DNA from: Raillietiella orientalis | Taxonomy: Eukaryota | NCBI GenBank assembly: GCA_036172245.1 | Contig: JAYWIR010000066.1 | Coordinates: 186,001-250,000 of the forward strand | DNA length: 64,000 nt | Reading direction: 5' to 3' | Shown: positions 13,301 to 25,300 of the stretch, one piece after another | Position numbering within the stretch: position 1 is the first letter of the stretch | Layout of the letters: each line of letters opens with the position of its first letter | Translations under genes and position numbers: made by a program | The notes under the pieces: model-generated | Told to the model about the DNA's origin: nothing | What the model saw: the letters and a program-made list of their open reading frames with translations, nothing else | The model's database searches: none

Positions 13301-16300
13301 TAGTCTAAACCGGTGCTCCGACGCCGGAGGTGATTCTCTCGACCAGGACTCCCTCTTGCCCTGGAAGCGTTCAGGCATAATCCGGAAGGTGGCCCTCTTC
13401 TGGCCATTCAAACGGGGAATCAGCGACTGTTCCTACCGTTTCCCTCTGCCGAGCTGCATTTCTATCGCAATGACCATCCCATTAGTGGATGCACGACGAC
13501 TGGACGAGGCACAGCTCGAGGGCGCAGCTCGGGCTCCCCGGCTGGTGGGCGAACAAACTCGGCGGATTCCGACTCGCAATGACTCGCCGCTGTTCTCGGA
13601 GGAACCGGTACAGGACCGTTGTTCGAAGTCGGGAGCGGTCCTTCTTGTAGAGGGGAGGGGCGTGGATGTTGTCAACGCAAGGATTGGAACCCTCAGCCCT
13701 TCTCTCGGACACGGGGATCTCCTCCGCAGGGCCAAGCAGGCTCGCTCCAACAGCGTCGATGCGTAGATGTACGTAGAAAGAAGCATTGTCGCGGCTCGAC
13801 TGCGCTCATGAGCTCCGTCGTTCGGAGGCATCTGGTGGATCCAGCAGAGATGGTGCCGAGTGCTGGAGGAACGAACGGCGTCGCCTTGCCAACGTGGTCC
13901 ACGCGCGGTCGGAAGACCTCTGGCGCATCCTTAAGATTCCAGGACCCCCGGTGAAGCGGCGGAAATCGCACCAAGGGACTCTGAGCTCGTCCCGTGGAGC
14001 GCGGCGGAACACTGAGAGGGAGGGGACAAGCAGATCACCTCGGGGGACGAAGACCCGGAGGCCGTCGACTGGTGAAGGTCGGTGTCCAAGCCCAGCGGGT
14101 GCTGCCACGCGTGTCCTGCCCTCCCTCGGCGGGGGACGAAGGCGACACAATCGCCTCCCGGGAGGATCCCCTCGATTAAAGGATACGGAGGGAAGGGTCT
14201 GCCGGTTCTTCTTTCGGGGACTGGGGCTCCCGCGCCGAGGCCGAGGGGAAACTCGGAAGGTCGCGGAGGCAGTCCTCGATCCCCCTTCCCCTTTCCTCTT
14301 CCCGGTCTTGAAAAAGCAGTTTCTTACCTGATAGTGTGGTCCACCAGCCTCGTCTGGTAGAGCAGGTTCTTCCCCGGAAGGAGGTAATCGCAGATGTGGT
14401 TCTGAGAGCTCCTCACGGCGACCCCGCTGCCGACACAGAGAGAGGTCAGGATGTCCAGCACCTTGGGGTCCCTCCCATGGCTTTCGAGCAGGGAGATGAT
14501 GATGCGAATGTGTTCTTCCTGAAGCGGAGTGGTGGTGGTGGGAAGTAGAAAGGGGGGAGGAGAGAAACACATAAACACGTACTTTCATCATGTTCAGCGC
14601 CTCTGGGGAATCGTTGAGGATGCAGTGGAGGACGTCGAGCATGCCCGAGCCCTCGCCGGAGGCCTGCGAGCCCAGCCGCGAGAAAAGCCAGTTCAGCCGC
14701 TGCGACTGCGCGAACTGGGCACAGTTGGTGTGGTTCCCCTTGATGACAGCAGCTAAAGGAAGGAGAAGGGTCGAGTTACCCAGAACCGTCCCCTTCCCCG
14801 CCCCACCCTGAGCTCACCCAGCAGCTGGTAGAAGAACCCGGACACCGTATCCCACTTCTTGCTCACGTCTCCGCCGACCAGGGACACCAGGAAACCATGC
14901 TTGGCGATTAGGTTCATCTTGTCGATGGCCTCCAGGATTAAGTTCAGGATGCCTTCCTGCTGGAATAGGTCCTGGCGGTTTCTCAGAGCCTTGAGATGGT
15001 TCTGCACCTCCTCGTGATCTGCAGGAAAGAGGGAGGGAGGAAGTCGGGCTGTCCCGAGCGACGCAAGTAGGCGCGTGCAGCATTCCCGCTGCAGGGGATC
15101 TTCCAGGGAGAGGGCCCGACCCCCAAGAGATTTCCCTCCCCCTCTTCACTCCATCCCCTTCCCCTGCTGAGGAGTCGAGGGGAATTCGCCTGCTTCTTCC
15201 TCTTCTTCTTTCCCCTAGCCTCCGTCCAGCCTTCTTCGTTTGCGTCGCAGTGTTTGTCTCCGTTCGGAGATGGAGCTGTCTCCGTGAACCCTAAATGCGC
15301 TGCCTGGTGAGGCGGTGGAAGACTCTCTTGAGAGCTTCCCCTCAAGAGGCAAAGAGGGAAACCACATGGCGGAGGAGGCGCTGCTCCCCTGCATGCCGGC
15401 CCTCCCTCCGGCGGGCGAGGAATGGGGAAGGGGGAGAGGGGAAAGAGGTCGAAAGACTCACTCATCTCCGCCCCTGGCTGGGTGAAGTAGCGGATGAGGT
15501 CCTCCAAACACATTATGATCTTGTCGAAGTTGAAGGACTCCATGAACACGGACTGCCTCCTCCTCGACTGCAGGTAGTCCAGAGCCCTGCGGGGCGTCAC
15601 ACCTGGTTCCCGGAAGGCGCCACCCCGCGCCCCTCTCACCTGTTAAAGTCCCCGAACAGGGAATTGCACTTTCGGATGACGCGGGCCGTCCTGGACTCCT
15701 CCTCCTGGCTCCTCGACAGCTCCATCCCGTCGTCCATCTTCCCTTCCTCGTGGAGGATAGCCTGCTTCTCTTCGACCTTGCCGATGCCCTTCTTTTTGGT
15801 CTCGTAGGTCTGGTGGAGGTATGTGACCCCTACGAAGGGAGCTCCGCGAAGGTCCCCGTCCTTACGCGATAGGAGAGCCACAGACCGGAGTTCAGGTGCT
15901 GCACGATCACGGTGCTGTCTCCGTACTTGATGCTGGCGCAGCCGATGACCTCCAGGTCCTTGTCCTCCAAGGTGATCTTCTGTTCGTCCTTGTCCTGGCG
16001 GAAGTAGAAGGCCGTGGCCTCTAGGGTTGCCTCCTTCCTCGGCAAGAGGACCAGCTGGTTGCTGTCGCTCCGCGCCAGGTACCTTCCTGCACGCGCGCGC
16101 GCGTGAGTCCTGCACCCATCCCCCGAGGCAAGTGACCTGTCGTAACGTGCTTGATCCTCAGTGGATGGAACCAGTTGATGAATCCTCCTGCCCACTTCAC
16201 TCTGGCCAGCTCCAGCCTCCAAAGAGACCTCGCTTGGGTCACCACCGTTCCCCCTTCGTAGGTCACGATGCTGCAACGGAGACATACACGTGGGTTGCGG

Positions 16301-19300
16301 CAGGAAAGGCCGCTTCCGGTCCGAGAGGGAAGGCAGGAAGCAAAAGGGAAGCGAGAGGGATGATAGTTTTGCTGCTGACTGGTCGGGGAAGAGACTCGGC
16401 CGCAAGGGAAACGGAAAGTATTCACCACCTCCCAGAGAAGGACCATCTGGCGGGAGGAGGAGGGTGCGCTTTTCTCTGCGCAACGACTCCAGGGAGACCA
16501 GGAGAAGGCGTGAGGAGCTCTGCACACCGGGGGACTTCCCGGAAAGAAACCCGCGCATCGAGTGCCTCAGGCTAGCTGACCCGTTTGGAAGGAGGCGCCT
16601 CTGGTGAGCGCGCGCAGCAGCGAGATCCACCGGCAGGGACCGAGTTCGGGGAGCACCTGCGCCGGCAGCAGAGAAGCGGACTGACTCCCGGGAGGACCTC
16701 GCCGAAACCTGCAGGTGGTGAGGAAATGAGAGGATCCAACCGGGAGTCCAGAAGCAGGAACACTCAGGGTAGCTGGAAGATCCTCTTCCGGCTGCCCGGA
16801 CGGGGCTCCGCTCGGGGAACCGGGCGGCGCCGGGAGGAGAGGATGGCGCTGTTCCTCCACGGACGGCCTCGAGCGGCCGGAGGTCCTTCCGAGAGGATTG
16901 CCAATGACCGGCTCCGTCCCGCACGCACATCTCCTGAGAGACGGAGGGATTTCCCTTTCCCTCCCGGAGGATGCGCCGCCCTCCTTTCCCCGGTCTCGCA
17001 GGCGCCGCAGGCGACGACTCCTTCGAGGGAGCTGGAAGGTCCATCCACACACCACAAACCAGAGTTCAGCTGCTGATCAGGCGCCGTACTTGATGCTGAG
17101 ACAGCCGATATGATCGCGCCAAGGTCAGTCCGTGGCGCAAAGAGGGATACCAAGAGGGGGCGTCCGGGAAGGTGATTGGCTCGAAGCGGTGGCGGCCGAC
17201 TCGTTCCGGCGCTGAGGAAAGGAGACTCTGGAGGAGTCCGTGGCCTTCCACTCCGAGCAACCGGATTACGCGAACCGGGACGTAAGCATGTCCATTCCAA
17301 GGCACTGGACATCCTGATCCCTTCTCCGTGTCGACAGGGGGGTCTCCGGGGGGAAGAAGACCACCGGATCTTTTTCCCCCGAGGCTATCTTTCGATTGTC
17401 CTACTCCTTCCGGGAATAGAAGGCCGCAGCCTCCTCTTCCAGAGTCGCCTCTTCCCTCGATGCAAGGAAGGATGGCGACCCCGAAAGAAGAAGGAGGCGA
17501 TGCCTTCCAGGGGACAGAGCTCAGGGTTGCGGCGTGCCCGCCAAGTTGGGGAGGGAAGTAAGGAGAGGAGGGGGAAGTTCTTGAACCTTTCCGGAGCAGG
17601 CTGCCTCTTCAAGCCCGAGCCTCGGACCGTCTTGGCTTCCATACCCCGGAGCTCTCCTGCGGATTTGCGCTCGCGATGAAGAGCTTCCGTCCTGGACCGC
17701 GCGGAGCGCTCTCGGAGGTGTCTGCTGCTGCTGCGCGCGGAGGCAGGTGGCTGCTGACAACGGAGCAAGCACAAGCACGCCGCCCGGTTTCCTTCATCCG
17801 GTTCCTCCGGATGCGATACTCTTGGACATCTGTGCGCGCGCGCGCGCGTGGGATGCGAATCTGCCGCACTCGACCTAGCCCAGCAGGGATGCGACGCATG
17901 AGCGACAGTAAACCCGAAAGCGGCGCCCAAGGTCGTTGGCGGGACGGGGTGTTTTTACTTTTGCCCGGCTTCCGGAGACCACGTGGACGGCACCGTCAGG
18001 CATTCGTCGCCGCCGTGGAGAAACCTCAGCGTCTGGCCTCCGAAGACGTATCCTGAAACGGAAGTCCCTCTCCATCCGGACGGGAAGAAAAGGAATGTCC
18101 CGTTCTGTCCTCTTCTTCGGAATCTTCCGCTCGTCCCCTGTCCTGCCGAAGCGGAAGGCCGACCGGGGACGTGGACGAGTGGAAGAGAGAGGCGACCGGG
18201 GAGGGGCGACGCCCGAGGGGCCACGCCTTTCCTTACCCACGTATTTGATCTTGCTGATGCCCGTCCCGTAGGGCACCACCGGCCAGTGTGTGACGTGGAA
18301 GGACGCGTTCACGATGGAGCACGCGTTCTCTTTGGTCGCTTGCTGGAAGAAAGAGGCGTTAGAATCTGGCAACGTCGCGCAGACTCCGCCGTTACCAGAT
18401 AGCGTTCCGTAGCGACCGAGACGAGGATGACCTCGTCGCCGACTCTGACCTTCTCCCCTTCGGAGCGCTGCTTGGAGGCCGGGTGGATCGTCCACCAGCA
18501 CGTTTCGCCTGCTTCCAGAAAGGCCGTGAGACTTACGTCCCTTGCGGCGCCCCCTATTACCCCAGGCAACGCACCTTGGGAGTGCTCCTGAAGCCCGACG
18601 TCGAACGCCAGCTTGTCCCTCGAGGAGCTGGTGGAAAGGCAGGAGAGGTACTGCAAAAGACACCCAGCGGGAGGAGGTCACCCTCCAGCCTCAAAGGGGA
18701 TTCCTCACCATGTTGCTGTTCTCGTGACGCAGCAGGACAGCGTTGCCATACAGCAAGGTCCGATGCCCCGATCCAGTTCCCTTGCCCTGAGGGAGGACAG
18801 GTTCATCCTTGAAGAAAAGCGGGACTCCCCCGATTCGGGAGTCTTTTCGTTTTTTATCCCCTCATCCCCCACCCTTTGTCTTGGCCCGCGCCTTGGCAAG
18901 CGAGCTGGGCGTAGCGCGACCCGAGCCACGGGCTGAGAGCCGAGTTGGCTCCCTCCTTGAGCTACCAGCCACATGCCGCGGAAACTCGAGACACTCATCC
19001 GCAGGGCGCGACACCGCAGCGCAACCCTGGACAGCGGCGACATCCTTCGCCAGGAGGAAAGAGAAAGGGGGGGAGGGGAACTTCCGCCCTCCCGCCTGCC
19101 CCGACGAGCAGGGAGGTGGTCAGGATTGCAAGGCGCCGGACCGGAGGTCACCACTCGACGCTTAGCACCCTGCGTCGGAAGGGGAAACGGGAGGAGTCCT
19201 CAGGCGGAGGCTACTGCAGGTCCGCCCGCGGTCCTCGCACAGGAGGAAGAGGGCCGAGGCGACGGGGATGGGGGGAAAATGGCAGCGGGGAACGATGGGC

Positions 19301-22300
19301 CGAGGGAAGCAGCCCGGGTGCTTCAGGGAGCAGTGTGAGAAGAGTGGCCGGTCGTGGCGCCTGAGCCGCCCGCGAAAGTTTCGGACTGCTGTTGGCCACG
19401 CTCTCGCCACCAGGCACACCGTCCATGAGGTTCAGGGAGAACCGCAAGCGACGACGGAGGGAGCGAATAGCCGGAGGTTTCTCTCAGCTCAAGAGCACCT
19501 TTTGACTATTCACCGCCTCGTTCCATTTACTCAACATTCATTATCCAATTGAAAATCGTCATCCAATCAACAGTCGCTATTCAGTCAACAGACGTCATTC
19601 AATCAGCAATCATTATTTAATCGGTAATCATTATGCTATCAGCATCATCATTCAAGCAGCAATCATCATTCAATCAACAGTCATCATGTAATGGCATCCT
19701 TAGTTGCGTGACCACCGGCAGCGACTTGGTCACTGCCCGTCTACGTTACCTTGTCGCCTCCTGTGGCGGTGACCAGCTCCTGCAGGGCACGGACGGACAG
19801 GGCCTGCTCAATCAGGAAGACGCATTGAGAGAGATCCGGCGGGTGATTCTGCAATGACGCCGCCCCCCTCCCCCTTCCTTCCCCACGGAGGGGGGGGGAG
19901 GAAGGGGAGGGGAAGGTCGCACGGCTCGCTTCGGCTCCGCGCTGGACTCCTTACCCTGTCAGCCACGTTCTCCAGGAAGCACTGCCTGTTCCCGAATCCT
20001 TCGGCTGCCAGGCACACCCTTTCCCCCGTGGCGGTGCACTGCAGGCAGACTTTGTCCTCCTGGAAGCAGCGAGGAGACGAGTAGGAAGACGGCGATTCTT
20101 GGCGGCTAGTAGTCGGCCGCGGCACTCGGACGGAGGCGGCGGCGGACCTGCTCGCGCGAGGCGCGATCGACCGGCCGGATCATCGTCCGTCCTTCCCTTC
20201 CCCCCCTCCGAAGGGAAGGGCGGACCAGGTCAGCCGCTCATCGCTCGGAGCAGAGCGGCTCTGTGCGGCTCGCTCGACAGCGGCACCTGAGGCGAGAAGG
20301 CAGCACTCGAGGCAGCGCCGACACCCAGGGCCGCGCTCTCCTCTCAGCAGGTCTTCGGGCTCGCGCACTGCGAACGAAAGGGAAATTTTTCCCGCAGGAC
20401 CCCTTCTGCGTTGGGGTCGACGGGCATTCTGAAAGCAGGAGGTGAGTCATCACGGGCGAGTTCGGTCGGCGAGTCGGTTCTCCGAAGAGCAAGGGAGGAA
20501 AGGATTCCTTTCCCCGCAGCCTTCCTGGATTCATAGGGTGATCCCTCCTGGGTTACCTCCTATAACTTGAACGGCGTGCAACACGTTTTGGCCCTCGTCT
20601 TTCTTCCTCTGCTTTTTGTTTGTCCCCCAACGAGAAGTAGAAAGAGGCAGACCTCTTGAGAATGGCCCTGTGGGGCACAGGGAAGCCCCGATTCCGCCTG
20701 AAGGACTTGTGCGCTCCGCGTCACGACGGAAGCCTCGGCCTTCTGACTCTGGAGTGCCTGGAGCGGCAGCTTTATTGGAGGACGTCTGCCCTAATGGCAA
20801 AGCTTTGGAGCACGAACTGATGCGAGTCCGCACGATAGCTAGTCAAGCGAACCACCGGCTACGCGGGACTGTCTTCGTTCCTGGCACGGCGACGCAGGCG
20901 CATCGTGTCCCGCAACGGACTGGAGCTCCGGCGGGTGGCCAAGCTGGCCAGGACCAACGACTGGGTCCTCTGCTGGTCCACGAAAGGCAGTGCCTGGTTA
21001 CAGGAAATCGTTCGCACGTGGGCCCAGAAGAACGAAGCGAGCCCGCAGTTGCGGCGGAGACTGGAGGAGGTTGTAACAGGAGTGCAGACTCCTGTTACAA
21101 CAACCGCTCGCTGCTGGACGTCATCGTGCAGCGCACCACACGTGAGTGGACTCCCTAGCCACGGCTCTGCCTGACCTTAGGGAGCACCTGGGCAGTAGTC
21201 AGCCGGCCAAATGGGAGGCCCGTTTTGAAATCTCGGGACGAGGGAAGGAACTAGGTGGTTGGACAACGGGTTAGCTTACGGACGCTGCGACCCCAAGTGT
21301 TCCACCCCCGAAGGGACTATTGCGGCTGGAAGAGCTTTTGGGAATCCCATAGGAAGACCTCAAGTGGCTCCCAGCGCTGGAGAACAACCGGGACCGCCCC
21401 TTAAGCGACTGGAGTCGGCACTTCTGCTGTTGCGCTGGGGTATCCGGTACAACTCCCGCCGCTCTCACTGGGCCCGGGGAGGCTGTGGGCCCAAAATGCT
21501 ACAGGTGCGGAAACAGGAATTCCAGCTCCCGAACCTGCTTGTTGACTGTGTTGCGTTCCGGACTCTGTGGCTTCGTTACGCAGCGACCTTCAGTGCACCG
21601 GCGGATAATCCCTGGGACGTGACCAAGCGTCTCTTCGTGAGCGGCGCCCTTTAGCCTGGCACATCCCCAGCAGCTCTTTGCTGCTGCCTACGCGAGATTG
21701 TGGCGGTCCAGAGCTACGCAAGAGGAGGACGGCACGAGAGGGACGCCATCTGCTTTGTCCTCCGCTTCCTGCGGATGGCAGCAAGATGGCCCCACCTGGG
21801 ACACACTCGGATGGAACTTGCCGGCATCCTGGAAAGGATGCAGAGGACGCCCTCCAGCTCCCGATGGTCCCTTCCCTAACCCTGCCAATTTTTTTTGTGT
21901 ATACTTTTTTGTTTTATTTTTATTTCTGTATGCTCCCTCCCCCTCCGCTGCCGAGGCGGACCTCGCCGCCCTAAGTGCCGGTTACTCAACAGGTTCGGAG
22001 CATTCTCGGACGATGTAGGGTCGATGGCCCTACATGTGTATATTTATTATTTTTATGATAAACGTCCCGGCACGGCCCGGTGAAAAGCCTATAAATTGAA
22101 GAGTCACGTGCACCCTTGGGTGGAGTGGACAGCGTTAAAGAGCTTCATGACCTACCCCCTTGAGGAGGCGAACGGTTCTTCAGCACTCCTTGAGAACCAG
22201 AAGAAAGAAAAGAAGACAGCTGGAAGGGGAGCAGCGAGAACGGAAGAATCCCAAAGGGATTCCACCCTCACATCCGTCGGCTGCGAAGAACTTCCGACGC

Positions 22301-25300
22301 CGACCGCGGCGGCTCGTCGGAGAGCCTTCCCGTGTGACGCCCCGGGCAGCCAGGGACGGCAGCTCTGCGGGACCAGGCGCAGCTCCACTTCACTCCTCTC
22401 TATGGGGTCACGAGAGGAGGAGAGCTCCCGGCTGTTCCGCGGTCCCTCTCCATCCCTAACCGGCGGCAGAAACTCCGTGTGCTCCGCGCTGAGGAGCGGG
22501 AGCGGGCAGCACGCCCGCGGTCCCATACGACTGCCGCGTCCGCACGGGTCACGCTCTGCCGTCCATCCTGCGGAAGCACCGCGTGCTCGCCGCCTTTCCT
22601 CTCCGTCCCGTTTCGGAAGGTTCAGCATCCAGGAACGCCCGTGCCGAATTTTCGCACACGCTTCTGGCCCTTCTGTTCCTCGTAAGAGAGGGTGAGGGAG
22701 GGGAGGAAGGCAACCTCTTTGACTCTTTGGTCTCTGCGGCCACACTCTCCTGTAAGCACGGAAACTGTACAGTGCACACCGCAGCTTGTACGAATCAAGT
22801 GCTCGGGGGCGCTGACGCGCGTCGGAGCCAAGACCAAGGTCCTGCAGGCGTTTTCGTCCGCCGGTTACGAAGGGCCCATTGCTTCAAGGGAAAGAACGCT
22901 TGGCCCAACCGGCAGCCGCCTGGTGCCAATCTGCTGAGCGCGAACCGGCCCTCAGGCAGGCTCGTCGACAGTTCGCAACCGACGCAGGGACGCTAACGAA
23001 ACAGCCCCACGGAGACCCTTCTTTGCGACGAATGCGGAATCCAGCGCGGAACGGCAGCGGTGTGAAGAGGAGGGAGGAAGGGAGGCGGAGGAGGAGTTTG
23101 TCGAAGTATATACTTGATTCCCAGCCGTCGCTGATGTCTAACCCTCGGTTCGACCCGCTGCAGAGTTTCGAGCATCTTCTCTCTTTGTCATTTCCAGAGC
23201 AAAGAGTGCTTCCTTCGTTTTTTTCTCGTTTTGTCTTCCACTCTGTACGAAGGCATGCTCCACCGGGTTAGAGGAACGCGCCCTTTTGCGCGTCCCTTCC
23301 GGAAAAATTCCGAATTTCCTTGAAGATTTGCTTTTTCTCAAGCAAAGACCATCGAGGGATCGTGGCATGGAGCTAACCCTCGATGTGCGCCGTCCTCGAT
23401 GTACCCTCGATGCTCCCCCTTAGCGGGGGACTCTCCGCTTCGTGCCATGGAGCCGGCGGATCGATGATGCCTCTCCAGAGTGCAAAGAAGCGCGCCGCTT
23501 CCTTCGGAGAGAGGCCTCAGGAGGAAATTCGGAAGCGTCCCTCCGGATTCTCTTCAAAGGAGGAGCCAGCAGGAAAGGTTCCCTCCGGAGGACAAGTTCC
23601 TCATAGCGGATCCTTTCCGTGTTTCCTTCGGAGACAACCAGGGTGGAGGGTTTCCTTTCAAGATCCCTCCCAGGCGTGAGAGAAACGGACCCATTCCTCC
23701 GGAGCCCTTCCTGGGTTCATAGGGAGGATCCCTCCCTGGTCATCCCTTATCTTGAAGAATTACACGCACTCCCAGGTAGCGTGGAAGAACAACGTTGAAG
23801 AGCTGCGTGATCCGCCGCCAGGCGCGTGACAGTTCTTGAGGTACTTGACGAACAAAAAAAAGAAAACCCTCGATGTGCGTGATGGCAGCCCTGATTCAAC
23901 GGCTTCCTGATTGGTGGGAAGCGAATGCGGATGGAGCCTTCTTTTTTTCCAAGGAACGAGTGCTCGATCGCGAAAGCGCCGCTGAAGACTGATGCTCGGG
24001 TCGAAGGACTGTGCATCGAGTCGCAAGGTCTTTCCCGGGGATCGGGAATGACCGCCGGCCCATCCCAAGCTGCTCAGGACCCGAGCCAAAACGGGCATCG
24101 TTCATCCTCGAGACTGTCTCGGAACGGGAACAGCAGGTCAAACACGAGAGGGTCAGTCCAGCAAAACCCGGCAGCGGAAGATGTCCGCTCGCTTGTGGTC
24201 GAAAGCGACGCACTAGCCACCGGAAACCTCCAATCCCACGTTTCCAACCATCCGACAGGCCTGGAGGCGATGCTTCCTCTCTCCTCTGACGTAGTGACCA
24301 AAATCTCTCCAGCCATTTTCATCCTTTCTCTAGGAGAGTGAACCCTGGGAGTGTTGCTAGCTAACTCGCTAGCCAATTCCGCCCTGTGTCCTGCTTCTTC
24401 TTTTTCTTTGGAATGGGACCGGACCTTTTCCCGTGTCTTCATTCCTTAGCAATTCAGTGCTACCAGGTTCCCTTTTCATCTTCTGTCAGTCCCCTCTTCT
24501 ATTGCTCTTTCCTCTTTCTTTCGCGCAGTGTTAATTGGTCACTCGGTTGTTCCGTGGAGCACCAGCACCACTCTCTCGGTGGTGAACTCGTGGGCGCGAC
24601 TCCTCCATGTTTTCAACAAAGAAAATGAGCACCCTTCCACTGTAATCTCGTCCTTGGCTTCTCACCATCCCGTCAGATCCCGTGCCATTGTGATCTTCCG
24701 TATTCCGAACTGGGGATCAACTCCTTCGCCAGCTCCTGAACTGCTGAATATCTCCGAGGGATCCACGGATCCCCTGTCCCATTTGCTATCAGTGGGGCGT
24801 CTTCCCTTTGCTCTGCCCCCGAAGTTCCATATTTCTGCATTCATCTTGTGAGGGAGGGGGAGAGAAGGTGCATCTGCGTGTGTGTGCGCGCAGTGAGGTG
24901 TACACGCACAGTGCACCCCATCACACCTCCCAACGCCGCCCCAGACCTAGGTCAAAGCTGGCCCGCCACCCGGTTATCTTCCTGAAACCTGTGGATCCAC
25001 GAAAAGGCACACTTCACAGTGTGTTTATTGTACAGAAATTCAGTACAGGCCCTGGTTTGATGGATGACATTTGCTCCGGTGTCCTCCATACTTGAAGCAC
25101 CTCTTCCCTTCTGAGCGACCTAAAAATTTTCATCTTCCTTGACGAGTCTGCGAGCCCTGCCTCTAAAGTTTTTGCCGTCTCTTTCTCCCTGCTTCTCCTC
25201 CTCTTCCACCTGAGGCGGAGGTGCGGAAGGTGGTCGCAAGTTGCTCCCGCACCGTCAAGCATCACGTATTCGCTCCTTTCCCTCTTTGTCCCATCTCGAT

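Noticed and set aside
12876..13766. 296-aa plus-strand ORF as a nested gene
   Set aside because: GTG start, no recognisable domain, GC-rich intron. The opposite strand looks more like a LINE relic.
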